DNA of 40,919 nucleotides, from IMG/VR virus record IMGVR_UViG_3300032227_001232, positions 1-40,919 of that record. One strand, given 5' to 3'. Positions 1 through 9,003 of the stretch are shown one piece after another (position 1 is the first letter of the stretch; every line of letters begins with the position of its first letter). The position numbers and the translations under genes were made by a program. The notes under the pieces were generated by a model that was given only the letters and a program-made list of their open reading frames with translations, was not told the DNA's origin and did no database searches. The stretch is from a virus (Duplodnaviria > Caudoviricetes).

Positions 1-14
1 ACACAGACCCTATT

Positions 15-1340
15 ATGAGTGATTGTTTTCGAGTTATCGCCGCGCTGGAAGAACATGCTAGCCGCATCAACAAAGAACAGATCTTAGAGGCCGAGGCCGT
101 AGCCGACAATACCGAATTGTTTACAGGCATGAGAATGGCGTTAGATGCACTAATTACATTTGGTATAAAACAAGTGCCCATCAAAAAATCAAGTGATCCG
201 CAAACTAGTCCAACCGGACTGCATTGGGACGCATTTGCTCTACAGGTACAAGCGTTAATTGATCGTAGGGCAACTGGTCATTCTGCCCGTGATCTGGTAG
301 AACATCTCATGTTCTGTGCCACTGAGCAGCAATGGAATGGATGGTATCGCCGTATTCTAATCAAGGACCTACGCTGTGGAGTCAGTGAAAAGACCATCAA
401 TAAGGTATTGAAAGCATTTCCTGGTATTCCTCCGGTTCCGGTATTTGAATGCCAGTTAGCACATGACGGAGCCAATCACGAAAAGAAAATTGCTGGTAAG
501 AAAATCCTACAGCCCAAGCTGGATGGAGTTCGTTGTCTCACTGTGGTTGACTATGAAAATCGTACGGTGACACAGTTTAGTCGCAATGGCAAAGAACTGG
601 TCAACTTCGGTCATATCACAGCAGCTATCTTAGATAATATTGATTTGCTAGGTCGTAGTTATGTACTGGATGGCGAAGTGGTCAGCAAAAATTTCCAAGA
701 TCTCATGAAGCAGGTACATCGCAAGGATGATGTCCAGGCTACTGATGCTCGCCTTGCACTATTTGATATTGTTCCTCTTAGTGAATTTCAACGTGGGGAA
801 AGTGTATTAGGACAACGTCGTCGATTCAATCTGTTAAATAGCCTACGTCCAGCATTTGATAAGATTGGAAATGTTGATATAGTAGAATGGAAAGAAGTTG
901 ACCTCGATGACTATGTTGGTCAGATGGTCTTCAAACAATACATGGCCGATGCAGTCGATGCCGGATATGAAGGCATTATGATCAAAGATGTAGATGCCCT
1001 TTACGAATGTAAACGCAGTCACTCTTGGCTAAAGCAAAAACCATTTATTGAAGTAAGTCTGGAGATTGTTGATGTTGAAGAGGGCACTGGAAAAAATGCA
1101 GGACGACTTGGAGCATTGGTTTGCGCAGGCGTGGATGATGGGCGATCAATACGAGTCAATGTTGGTAGTGGTCTTAGCGACCATGATAGAGATGAGTTTT
1201 GGAGTGGGCGTGATAGTCTTACTGGTCAAGTTGTTGAGGTACGTGCTGATGCCATAACTCAAAACCAAGATGGTACATATAGTTTGAGATTTCCGCGGTT
1301 CTTAAAATTCCGTGGATTTCGAGTAGGTGAAAAAATTTAA
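15..1340 (+). CDS. lig: ATP-dependent DNA ligase
   Basis: Adenylation motif KLDGVR, plus [23 protein letters not shown] and a C-terminal OB-fold SLRFPRF motif. Confidence 0.95.
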   Translation: MSDCFRVIAALEEHASRINKEQILEAEAVADNTELFTGMRMALDALITFGIKQVPIKKSSDPQTSPTGLHWDAFALQVQALIDRRATGHSARDLVEHLMFCATEQQWNGWYRRILIKDLRCGVSEKTINKVLKAFPGIPPVPVFECQLAHDGANHEKKIAGKKILQPKLDGVRCLTVVDYENRTVTQFSRNGKELVNFGHITAAILDNIDLLGRSYVLDGEVVSKNFQDLMKQVHRKDDVQATDARLALFDIVPLSEFQRGESVLGQRRRFNLLNSLRPAFDKIGNVDIVEWKEVDLDDYVGQMVFKQYMADAVDAGYEGIMIKDVDALYECKRSHSWLKQKPFIEVSLEIVDVEEGTGKNAGRLGALVCAGVDDGRSIRVNVGSGLSDHDRDEFWSGRDSLTGQVVEVRADAITQNQDGTYSLRFPRFLKFRGFRVGEKI

Positions 1341-1357
1341 AAGGAGACACAACACCG

Positions 1358-1576
1358 GTGAGTAAAGAAGATGTAATTGCTATGGAAGGTACTGTTCAAG
1401 AAGTTCTTCCTAACGCTATGTTCCGTGTAGAATTAGAACAAGGCTCAATGATTCTGGGCCATATCAGCGGCCGTATGCGCCAAAACAAAATACAGATCCT
1501 CACAGGTGATCGTGTGCGAGTAGAGATGAGTCCTTATGATCTTTCCAAAGGGCGTATCGTCTATAGAGAAAAATAG
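1358..1576 (+). CDS. infA: Translation initiation factor IF-1
   Basis: 72 aa with the IF-1 signature [12 protein letters not shown]...HISGRMR...[24 protein letters not shown] start with AAGGAG upstream. Confidence 0.96.
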   Translation: MSKEDVIAMEGTVQEVLPNAMFRVELEQGSMILGHISGRMRQNKIQILTGDRVRVEMSPYDLSKGRIVYREK

Positions 1577-1588
1577 TAGTACTTTTAA

Positions 1589-1594
1589 TAAATA
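1589..1594 (+). promoter_or_regulatory. T4-like late promoter core (TAAATA), one representative of about 20 intergenic copies
   Basis: TAAATA or TATAAATA recurs directly upstream of gene starts across the window (see findings). It matches the T4 gp55 late consensus TATAAATA. Confidence 0.6.
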
Positions 1595-1604
1595 TCGAAT
1601 GTTT

Positions 1605-1820
1605 GAATAGGAAAGTTTTTATATGGCATTAAATTCAACCGGAACAATCAGTCTAGGCGGTACTACCACAGGGCAATCTGTTTCTCTGGAATTAGGTAGA
1701 AGTTCCACCGCTACTATATCATTAAATGACACTGCAGTGAGAACATTGGCCGGTGTGGCATCCGGTGCTATTAGTCTGTATAATTTATATGGTAAGAGCA
1801 ATGTTCCATATTGGATTGGA
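1605..1820 (+). repeat. Direct repeat copy 1 (about 216 bp: leader plus the first ~66 codons of the beta-propeller gene)
   Basis: Near-identical to 3071-3286 (offset 1466), from gaataggaaagtttttatatggcattaaattcaaccgg to ttggattgga. Confidence 0.92.
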
Positions 1821-3053
1821 ATTCTTGGCGGAAGCGCATTCAGTAATAGCCAAGGAATAACGGTAGATTCTTCTGGTAATGTTTATATTTGTGGTTATTC
1901 AAACGCTAGTGGTACTACGGATTTTCAGATAGCCAAATACAATACCTCCGGAACAATTCAATGGCAAAAAAGATTGGGTGGTGTTGCTGGTCGTGATTCG
2001 GTAAATGGTTCAGTATTTGTAGATTCTTCTGGTAATGTTTATGTTTGTGGCTATTCAAGTGCTAGTGGAACTAATGATTTTCAAATAGCCAAATACAATA
2101 CCTCCGGAACAATTCAATGGCAAAAAAGATTGGGCGGTTCCGGTACCGATATTGGCATGTCTGTAGCCGTAGATTCGTCTGGCAATGTATATGTTGGTGG
2201 CTATTCATCCTCTAGCAACAGTGTTTCTCAATTGGCTAAATATAATTCTTCGGGAACAATTCAATGGCAACGACAGTTGTCTACCGGAACAGCAGATAGT
2301 CAAATATTTTCAATAGCATTGGATTCTTCTGGAAATATCTATGCCTGTGGAAGAGCGACATACTACAGTCCACTACAAAATGATTTACAAATAATTAAAT
2401 TAAATTCTTCTGGTGCCATTCAATGGCAGCGTAGTTTGGGTGCTTCACTTACTGAAGTTGGATTTTCAGTTACTTTAGATTCTTCTGGTAACGTTTATGT
2501 TTGTGGTTATTCAAGCGATAGTGGCACTCAAGATTTTCAAATAGCCAAATACAATAACTCTGGAACAATTCAATGGCAAAGAAGATTGGGCGGAAGCTCA
2601 TCTGAAGTTGGTACTTCGGTAGCTGTAGATTCTTCTAGTAATGTTTATGTTTGTGGCTATTCAAACGCCAGTGGAAGTAATGATTTTCAAATAGCCAAAT
2701 ACAACACTTCTGGAACAATTCAATGGCAAAGAAGATTGGGTAGTAGTTCGGAAGATTATGGATATTCAATAGCGTCAGACCTTTCAGGAAACATATATAT
2801 TTGTGGTAATACATACATTAGGGGCAATGCCGACTTTCTTTTTGCAAAATTACCCAATGATGGCTCTTTAACTGGAACATATACAGTCGGTGGATATTCA
2901 TTTACCTATGCCGCTTCTTCTCTAACAGATGCCGCTTCTTCTCTAACAGATGTCGCTTCTTCTCTAACAGATGCCGCTTCTTCTCTAACAGATGCCGCTT
3001 CTTCTCTAACGGATGCCTCATCATCTTTAACTTCTTCCGTAACAACAATATGA
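1623..3053 (+). CDS. Beta-propeller repeat protein (SBBP-like), probable tail or receptor-binding protein, paralog 1
   Basis: About 7 repeats of VDSSGNVYVCGYS...FQIAKYNTSGTIQWQKRLG. N-terminal MALNSTGTISLGG module typical of phage fibre-associated proteins. C-terminal AASSLTD heptads. Confidence 0.75.
   Translation: MALNSTGTISLGGTTTGQSVSLELGRSSTATISLNDTAVRTLAGVASGAISLYNLYGKSNVPYWIGILGGSAFSNSQGITVDSSGNVYICGYSNASGTTDFQIAKYNTSGTIQWQKRLGGVAGRDSVNGSVFVDSSGNVYVCGYSSASGTNDFQIAKYNTSGTIQWQKRLGGSGTDIGMSVAVDSSGNVYVGGYSSSSNSVSQLAKYNSSGTIQWQRQLSTGTADSQIFSIALDSSGNIYACGRATYYSPLQNDLQIIKLNSSGAIQWQRSLGASLTEVGFSVTLDSSGNVYVCGYSSDSGTQDFQIAKYNNSGTIQWQRRLGGSSSEVGTSVAVDSSSNVYVCGYSNASGSNDFQIAKYNTSGTIQWQRRLGSSSEDYGYSIASDLSGNIYICGNTYIRGNADFLFAKLPNDGSLTGTYTVGGYSFTYAASSLTDAASSLTDVASSLTDAASSLTDAASSLTDASSSLTSSVTTI
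2908..3033 (+). repeat. 21-bp coding tandem repeat (atgccgcttcttctctaacag): 5 near-perfect units plus 1 degenerate
   Basis: Units start at 2908, 2929, 2950, 2971, 2992 and 3013, and encode AASSLTD heptads. Confidence 0.93.
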
Positions 3054-3076
3054 GTTCATACATTAAATTCGAATAG
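3050..3076 (+). pseudogene. 5' remnant (MSSYIKFE*) of the partner gene found intact at 4521
   Basis: atgagttcatacattaaa at 3050 versus atgagttcatacatcaaa at 4521. It is cut off where direct repeat copy 2 begins. Confidence 0.65.
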
Positions 3077-3286
3077 GAAAGTTTTTATATGGCATTAAAT
3101 TCAACCGGAGCAATCAGTCTAGGCGGTACTACCACAGGGCAATCTGTTGCTGTGGAATTGGGGAAAAGTGCCACTGCTACTATATCATTAAATGACACTG
3201 CGGTGAGAACATTAGCCGGTGTGGCATCTGGTGCTATTAGTCTGTATAATTTATATGGTAAGAGCAATGGTCCTTATTGGATTGGA
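3071..3286 (+). repeat. Direct repeat copy 2
   Basis: Near-identical to 1605-1820. Confidence 0.92.
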
Positions 3287-4510
3287 CTATTACAAGGTTC
3301 TAGTACCACTATTGGTTTAGGAATAACTCTTGATACAAGCGCCAATGTTTATGTTACCGGGTACTCAATTTCTGGTGCGTCTGCCGTTCTTCAAACAGTT
3401 AAATACAATAATTCTGGTGTCGTTCAGTGGCAACGTAAACTAATAGACTCTGTTTCCAATACAGGTGCTGGTTATTCAATAGCCGTTGATTCGTCAAATA
3501 ATGTTTATGCAATTGGTTACAGCGGAACTTATGCAATTCAATTAGTAAAATATGACGCAACTGGTGCCATACAATGGCAACGAAAAATATCTGGCACAGG
3601 GAGTAGTTTTGGGAATGGTATAACAGTAGACTCTTCTAATAATGTTTATGTTGTTGGTCAAGCAGCCGTTTCTTCTGTAGACCAGTGGGTAATAGCCAAA
3701 TATAACACAGCTGGTACTATTCAGTGGCAGCGTACATTAGCAACTGTTGGCGGTGCTGCGAATGAAGTAGCGGTTAGTTCCTCTGGAGACATTTATGTTG
3801 TTGGCTCAGGAAGTATATCGTCAATAGCATGTATTCAAACAGCCAAATATGACTCGTCTGGTACAATTCAATGGCAACGTACCATAGACAGCGTATCTTC
3901 TAGTTCTAGCGCAACAGGTAACGGAATAGCAGTAGATTCTTCCGGAAATGTCTACATTACTGGGTATGTTCAAAGCGGTTCGGGGCTTGATATTTATACA
4001 GCAAAGTATAACACATCAGGAACAATTCAATGGCAAAGAAGGCTTATTGGTGCCGGTTCTAGTTCTGATTTTGCCCATAGTATCGCATTAGACTCTTCAA
4101 ACAATGTTTATGTTGCTGGGACTACAAATACATCTGGGTCTTACAATATCCAAATAATTAAGTACGATACATCTGGTACTATTCAGTGGCAGCGAAGTTT
4201 GACTAACACTCAGTACGCATATGGGATAGCCGTTGACTTGTCCGGTGATATTTATATAAATGGGTATAGCCAAGTAACCCCAACCGCATCGTTTTTAATA
4301 GCGAAACTTCCCGGAGATGGTTCTTTGACAGGTACTTATACAGTAGGCGGATACTCTATGACCTATGCAGCTTCCTCATTAAGTGGAGGGGCATATAATC
4401 TAAATGATGCCGCCTCTTACTTAACTAGTTCCGCATCTTCTTTCACCGATGCCGCTTCTTCTCTAACGGATGCTGCATCATCTTTAACTTCTTCTGTAAC
4501 AACACTATAG
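3089..4510 (+). CDS. Beta-propeller repeat protein (SBBP-like), probable tail or receptor-binding protein, paralog 2
   Basis: Same architecture as 1623-3053: near-identical N-terminal ~60 aa, similar C-terminus, diverged propeller blades. Confidence 0.75.
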   Translation: MALNSTGAISLGGTTTGQSVAVELGKSATATISLNDTAVRTLAGVASGAISLYNLYGKSNGPYWIGLLQGSSTTIGLGITLDTSANVYVTGYSISGASAVLQTVKYNNSGVVQWQRKLIDSVSNTGAGYSIAVDSSNNVYAIGYSGTYAIQLVKYDATGAIQWQRKISGTGSSFGNGITVDSSNNVYVVGQAAVSSVDQWVIAKYNTAGTIQWQRTLATVGGAANEVAVSSSGDIYVVGSGSISSIACIQTAKYDSSGTIQWQRTIDSVSSSSSATGNGIAVDSSGNVYITGYVQSGSGLDIYTAKYNTSGTIQWQRRLIGAGSSSDFAHSIALDSSNNVYVAGTTNTSGSYNIQIIKYDTSGTIQWQRSLTNTQYAYGIAVDLSGDIYINGYSQVTPTASFLIAKLPGDGSLTGTYTVGGYSMTYAASSLSGGAYNLNDAASYLTSSASSFTDAASSLTDAASSLTSSVTTL

Positions 4511-4520
4511 GAACAACATT

Positions 4521-4790
4521 ATGAGTTCATACATCAAACTATCGACTAATGAGTTCCCCCGACATATTGGGGACATTGAACTTGACCCTGCTGGAATGGC
4601 TGATTATGCCCTGGTTGAGTGGGTCAATATGCCAGCATTTGACCCGAAAATGCAGCGTTGTGAAGCAGGACCGCCGCAGCAGACCGACGGGGTTTGGTAT
4701 TGGATGTGGACAGTACGTGATGCCACACCAGAAGAGATTGAGCAAGCTAATAAACTACCCAATATAATCGGCCCAACTGGGATGTTGTAG
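4521..4790 (+). CDS. Small hypothetical protein, probable tail-fibre partner
   Basis: AGGA RBS. Follows the propeller genes. C-terminal PxQxDGxWxxxWxV motif resembles tail-fibre-associated small proteins. Confidence 0.55.
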   Translation: MSSYIKLSTNEFPRHIGDIELDPAGMADYALVEWVNMPAFDPKMQRCEAGPPQQTDGVWYWMWTVRDATPEEIEQANKLPNIIGPTGML

Positions 4791-5264
4791 GTCCCAACTT
4801 ATTGTTCTACGTTTGTCCACCAGTTCATAATAAGCAGGTTTATAAGGTTTAATCTTCGGGACAATCTTCTTGTTGCTGCCTTTATTGGAGTTGCAGGTTG
4901 AACAGGCACAAACACAATTTTCAAATGTGCTTTTACCGCCGTGACTGACCGGTAGCACATGATCCAGTGTGGCATACCGCTTTTGTATGCTTATACCACA
5001 GTATTGGCAACAGTATTGATCACGTAGGAATACATTCTGTTTGCTGAAACGCACAGCAGTTTTCTTCTTTTGATATTCCTTTAGCATCATTACAGCGGGT
5101 ACACGAGTGCTCCAGTTTACACTGCGTACAATCCACTCGTCGTACCATTCTAGCACGGTGGCTTTGTCTGAAACCAGATATTTGATGCTTTCTTCCCAGG
5201 TAATGGTGCTCAAGGGCAGCATACTGATGGGAGCAGCGTCAGCGTTGAGTATAAGTGTTGCCAT
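4755..5264 (-). CDS. HNH endonuclease (McrA-like)
   Basis: RDQYCCQYCG...TLDHVLPVSHGGKSTFENCVCACSTCNSNKG: HNH core with CxxC pairs. TAAATA on the minus strand at 5271-5276. Confidence 0.9.
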   Translation of the reverse strand: MATLILNADAAPISMLPLSTITWEESIKYLVSDKATVLEWYDEWIVRSVNWSTRVPAVMMLKEYQKKKTAVRFSKQNVFLRDQYCCQYCGISIQKRYATLDHVLPVSHGGKSTFENCVCACSTCNSNKGSNKKIVPKIKPYKPAYYELVDKRRTISWDLQHPSWADYIG

Positions 5265-5355
5265 CTCGATTATTTATTGAACATAAAGTTACGGATTTAT
5301 GATAGCATATTTTTACCTAGTTAGCAACTAAATAACACAAGTTAGAGGAAATTTC

Positions 5356-6009
5356 ATGTCATTTCTGTTAGTAAACACAGGTACCACGGCTAATGCTGGA
5401 GATGGAGATAGCATACGTCTTGCCTTTACCAAGATCAATCGCAACTTTGGAACCATCGCCGAAGTCATAGGAACCACTGTTGCAGAAGTATCTGAAACAG
5501 TACAAGACTATATCAGTACTGCTTTGGTACATACCAGCCATACCGGGCTTACCGCAGTTTACGACGATGCCAACAACAAGATTATTTTTACAGTCAATGC
5601 TGGGGATGAAGACTGGGTATCTGGCACAACCTGGAACATAAGGAACTACGCAGGATATGCGGAATTCACATCGCAAACACCAAGTCCTGGAACTCGATGG
5701 CTAGATTTTGATGATGTTCCCATTGGTAAGACCAATTTGGTAGGCGGCAACATAGATTTTCATTCTTATATCTACGGGGATCCTACTAATCATGCCACAC
5801 TTATTGGTACTGTTTATTTCAGCAGATTAGATACAAATTGGACTACTGCTGTTACAGAGATAGTTACGGGTGTTGGTGATTTAACCTATGACACCCGCAA
5901 CAACGAAGGTGTTTATATCATGGTCAACACCAGTACCACTGCCACCATCTATGGTAAAATACACTACAGTGGTAAGTTATTCTATAGTCCCGATGGCAGC
6001 ACACAATGA
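5356..6009 (+). CDS. Virion structural protein with a baseplate gp9/gp10-like N-terminal motif
   Basis: N-terminus VNTGTTANAGDGDSIRLAFTKINRNF resembles the GTGDxLRxAFxKxNxNF motif. TAAATA at 5329 and GAGG RBS. Confidence 0.55.
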   Translation: MSFLLVNTGTTANAGDGDSIRLAFTKINRNFGTIAEVIGTTVAEVSETVQDYISTALVHTSHTGLTAVYDDANNKIIFTVNAGDEDWVSGTTWNIRNYAGYAEFTSQTPSPGTRWLDFDDVPIGKTNLVGGNIDFHSYIYGDPTNHATLIGTVYFSRLDTNWTTAVTEIVTGVGDLTYDTRNNEGVYIMVNTSTTATIYGKIHYSGKLFYSPDGSTQ

Positions 6010-6644
6010 AAATACGCAGGGCCAGTACTAGGGGCTTGAATAAGACCAACTGGATTGAAAGTCGTCGAACTTTTAGCAACAATAGTTATTGGAATCCTGA
6101 TTATGTGCGATGGGGTAGTCTCAAGGTCATCAATGATGATATACAACAGTCCGGAAATATAGTTCCTGATCACGAACATAAAAACTTTGACATACTGGGC
6201 TATATGGTCGAGGGTGAGCTAGAGCATAGAGACAGTTTAGGAAATGTGTCTCGAGCAGTGCCCGGACAGATACAGCACATGTGGTGTGGTAAGAGCATAT
6301 GGCACACAGAGGCCAGTATAGGCGCAGTTCCGGCAAGATATTTACAGATATGGATTATTCCCAAAAATGAATATAGGGATACTGACCCCTATTATGAAAT
6401 TGTTAACAAAGATTTGCAGTTTGGCCCATTAAACATTGATCTACATCAAGATTTTAAAATACAGTGTGGGATTATAAACGATGTCAAACAATTAAATATC
6501 AGTAATCGAGCTTATCTCTATGTAGTATCTGGATCAGTATTAGGCGATGGATGGCAGTTAACAGAAGGTGATGGGGCAGAATTAGATACAGGCCCATTCA
6601 CAGCAGAATTTGTATCGGCACACATAATATTATTTGAGGAATAA
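6006..6644 (+). CDS. Pirin-family cupin (YhhW-like)
   Basis: WIESRRTFS, VINDD, HEHKNFDI, HRDSLGN, IWHTE, YLQIWI: the pirin iron ligands H-x-H and H-x-E are present. Confidence 0.9.
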   Translation: MKIRRASTRGLNKTNWIESRRTFSNNSYWNPDYVRWGSLKVINDDIQQSGNIVPDHEHKNFDILGYMVEGELEHRDSLGNVSRAVPGQIQHMWCGKSIWHTEASIGAVPARYLQIWIIPKNEYRDTDPYYEIVNKDLQFGPLNIDLHQDFKIQCGIINDVKQLNISNRAYLYVVSGSVLGDGWQLTEGDGAELDTGPFTAEFVSAHIILFEE

Positions 6645-6645
6645 C

Positions 6646-6873
6646 ATGGCAGCAAACGGTATATCAACATCAACAGGAGCCAATCCCAGGGCTACCAAAC
6701 TCAAACGCAGAGCCGATAAACTGGCACTGGCTGCCGCTAAACGATCTACTACAGGAACACCCGGCTATAGACCCTTAAATAGTATCACAGGTAGCCACAC
6801 TGCCTACGTGGGCACTGCTACAACCACAGTTCCTGGAACAGCCAGTCCTACACCTGGCCATCCTTGGTCATAA
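6646..6873 (+). CDS. Small basic hypothetical phage protein (MAANGIST...)
   Basis: ATG at 6646 with GAGGA RBS, preferred over the TTG start at 6634. Confidence 0.6.
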   Translation: MAANGISTSTGANPRATKLKRRADKLALAAAKRSTTGTPGYRPLNSITGSHTAYVGTATTTVPGTASPTPGHPWS

Positions 6874-6903
6874 ATATTGTCAGTTAATTAAAGATCAATT
6901 ATT

Positions 6904-7341
6904 ATGAAATATATTCTATTCGCACTGCTACTATCTGTTGCTACGCCTGTTCTGGCACAAAAAAATCCACAAGGCGTCACTTATGATGCCACCATTACTC
7001 GAGTAATTGATGGCGACACAGTGGCATTTGCTGCCACCTTCTTACCAGCACCACTCAAGCAGGAACTCAGTATTCGTGTATACGGTGTAGACACTCCTGA
7101 AAAAGGATTTCGTGCCAAATGTCCTAGTGAAGACCAACGTGGGCAGGCTGCTACAGCATTTACCAAAGCACAGATCAATGCTGCTACCACTCGTCAAATT
7201 GTGTTAATCGACTGGGACAAGTATGGTGGTCGCGTACTGGGAGATGTACTGTTAAATGGACAAAGCCTACGAGCCATGTTGATCCAGCAGGGCTATGCTA
7301 GAGAATACTACGGCGAAGCCAAACAAAGTTGGTGTAATTAA
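6904..7341 (+). CDS. Staphylococcal nuclease (thermonuclease) homolog with signal peptide
   Basis: RVIDGDT, IRVYGVDTPE and DKYGGRVLG motifs. Hydrophobic N-terminus ending VLA. Confidence 0.92.
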   Translation: MKYILFALLLSVATPVLAQKNPQGVTYDATITRVIDGDTVAFAATFLPAPLKQELSIRVYGVDTPEKGFRAKCPSEDQRGQAATAFTKAQINAATTRQIVLIDWDKYGGRVLGDVLLNGQSLRAMLIQQGYAREYYGEAKQSWCN

Positions 7342-7350
7342 AAACATTAT

Positions 7351-7488
7351 ATGCTTAATAACTTACCTCGCCCCGAAGACTCAGATTATATCCCCTGTAA
7401 GGATCCCCCAAAAGATCCCAATAGGTATCCAGTATATCCAGAAAAAAATGATCACGATAGGAATCCCAGACCCTATGGTGAGCATTGA
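7351..7488 (+). CDS. Small Pro/Asp-rich peptide, 45 aa (not in the ORF track)
   Basis: MLNNLPRPEDSDYIPCKDPPKDPNRYPVYPEKNDHDRNPRPYGEH*, starting 9 nt after the nuclease stop. Confidence 0.5.
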   Translation: MLNNLPRPEDSDYIPCKDPPKDPNRYPVYPEKNDHDRNPRPYGEH

Positions 7489-7489
7489 C

Positions 7490-7581
7490 CTTATCCACCT
7501 TAGGATACGTTGATGTTACGGTATAAACGTCCGCGCAATTGAACTGTCAGGCGTTACTTGACGGGAGATAAAGTAACTCCC
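7490..7581 (+). ncRNA. Candidate structured intergenic RNA
   Basis: Four consecutive stems: tatcc/ggata, acgtt/aacgt, ctgtcagg/cttgacgg, gggag/ctccc. Alternative pairing gttactt/aagtaac. Confidence 0.35.
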
Positions 7582-7596
7582 ACTAAATACTACATT

Positions 7597-8172
7597 ATGC
7601 GTAGCCGTGAATTCTCAGAAAATAATTCAAAGAAAAATCGTCAACAATTCATACAAATGTTTCGAGACTTCCTACCATTGGCTATGGAAGTTATTGGAAT
7701 AGATAGCTTACCAGAATTTGAGTTTACCGACTACATTGACAGCCCGGGACAACCCAGTTTTGGCATGTATGTCAATCACGAAAAGAAAATGTATATAGGG
7801 CTGGCCAGTCGTCATCCTGTAGACATACTACGAACTATAGCACATGAATTGGTACATTACAAACAAGATACCAATCACGAACTCAATGACGAAAGTGGTC
7901 GCACCGGTAGTCCACATGAAAATCAAGCACACCAAGTGGCCGGTGTGGTCATGCGTCATTTCAATAAACAGTATCCTGAATATCTACATAGCAAACCAGT
8001 GGTGGAAAACTTTGCCGATGGTAAGGGACCCGGTCGGCCTGGTGATAGTCAGCGACATGGTATTCCCAAAAAAGCCACTATGGCCGAATTAGAAAAGGCC
8101 AGTCATGCCAAAGGTCGCAAAGGTCAATTGGCTCGTTGGCAGTTGAACATGCGTAGAGGTAGGAAAAAATGA
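7597..8172 (+). CDS. HExxH zinc-metallopeptidase-like protein with a basic C-terminal module
   Basis: RTIAHELVHYKQ followed by a downstream E (HENQAH). ATG at 7597 lies 7 nt after TAAATA and is preferred to TTG 7558. Confidence 0.65.
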   Translation: MRSREFSENNSKKNRQQFIQMFRDFLPLAMEVIGIDSLPEFEFTDYIDSPGQPSFGMYVNHEKKMYIGLASRHPVDILRTIAHELVHYKQDTNHELNDESGRTGSPHENQAHQVAGVVMRHFNKQYPEYLHSKPVVENFADGKGPGRPGDSQRHGIPKKATMAELEKASHAKGRKGQLARWQLNMRRGRKK

Positions 8173-8642
8173 GAATAGATGAAGTTCTATCAGAACTATT
8201 TAGAATTGATCCAAATAAAAAAGAGCATGTGAATTCTTGGGAGTGGCGGTATCGCAATGACGAATTTGCACAAGCCCTTTTCAAAGTTGGTGACGTGGTC
8301 TATATGTTTAATGCTTCAAACGATGACGAAGGTGACGACCCTGGTGATTGGTCCATTGAGTTTCAATCTATGAAAAAGGTCAAAGGCGTTTCAGGATTTG
8401 ACAACACTGGTACGGGCAATGAAGTAGAAGTATTCAACACAGTAATTGACATCATAAAGACCTTGTTAGCAGACTTGGGTGATCGAGTACAACGATTGTA
8501 CTTTTCAGCAGCCACAACAAGAAGACAAAGTTTATATGCACGAATGGCGCATAGGTTATTGCCTACATGGAAGTTAGACCAGTACGGTGATCATTTTGCA
8601 TTGACCAGGCCCGCTCCTGTGGCTGCTCCTAAGCCGGCCTAA
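8169..8642 (+). CDS. Hypothetical phage protein, possible internal virion protein
   Basis: ATGA overlap with the upstream gene. MRIDEVLSE N-terminal motif. Confidence 0.6.
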   Translation: MRIDEVLSELFRIDPNKKEHVNSWEWRYRNDEFAQALFKVGDVVYMFNASNDDEGDDPGDWSIEFQSMKKVKGVSGFDNTGTGNEVEVFNTVIDIIKTLLADLGDRVQRLYFSAATTRRQSLYARMAHRLLPTWKLDQYGDHFALTRPAPVAAPKPA

Positions 8643-8667
8643 AAAAATAGGGCCCTGAGGCCCTATT
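8641..8667. terminator. Intrinsic terminator between convergent genes
   Basis: Stem aatagggcc/ggccctatt with a ctga loop. The A7 run gives a U-tract on the minus strand. Confidence 0.8.
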
Positions 8668-8687
8668 GTGCTATGCACTATTTTTTA

Positions 8688-8957
8688 TTATTTTACTTTG
8701 ACGCCTTGATTAACAAAGCCGTACATTTTTTCTGCTGTGGATAGTACTTGCTCAAGGCCAGGAAACTGTGGCATACCAACTGTGGTAATAACTTGTCCTG
8801 ATTTTTCATCACGCTGTGCCGAGATTTCCCAACCGTGGAATTTAGCGTGGTATTCCTCCATCATAAGGCTTTTAGCCATGTCGAGGATGTCTGTGCGGAT
8901 TTCATATCCGTTCTTGTTGAATTTAACTTCGGGAAGTTTTGGTGTGTAGTCTGACAT
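8688..8957 (-). CDS. Conserved-looking hypothetical protein (MSDYTPKLPEVKFNKNGYEIRTDIL...)
   Basis: ATG at 8957 with AGGAG RBS, preferred to the longer 9071 start. Confidence 0.7.
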   Translation of the reverse strand: MSDYTPKLPEVKFNKNGYEIRTDILDMAKSLMMEEYHAKFHGWEISAQRDEKSGQVITTVGMPQFPGLEQVLSTAEKMYGFVNQGVKVK

Positions 8958-9003
8958 TTTATTTCTCCTATGTGTGTGTTTTAATGTCGATCCGTTAGGT
9001 GGA

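Noticed and set aside
2908-3033. Possible CRISPR array
   Set aside because: The units are contiguous with no spacers and lie in frame within a CDS. No cas genes are present.
1605-4510. Diversity-generating retroelement (TR/VR pair)
   Set aside because: No reverse transcriptase in the window. The repeats are at the 5' gene ends and the differences are not adenine-specific.
7295-7513. 72-aa ORF in the track
   Set aside because: It overlaps the nuclease 3' end. The frame 7351-7488, which starts just after the nuclease stop, is more plausible.
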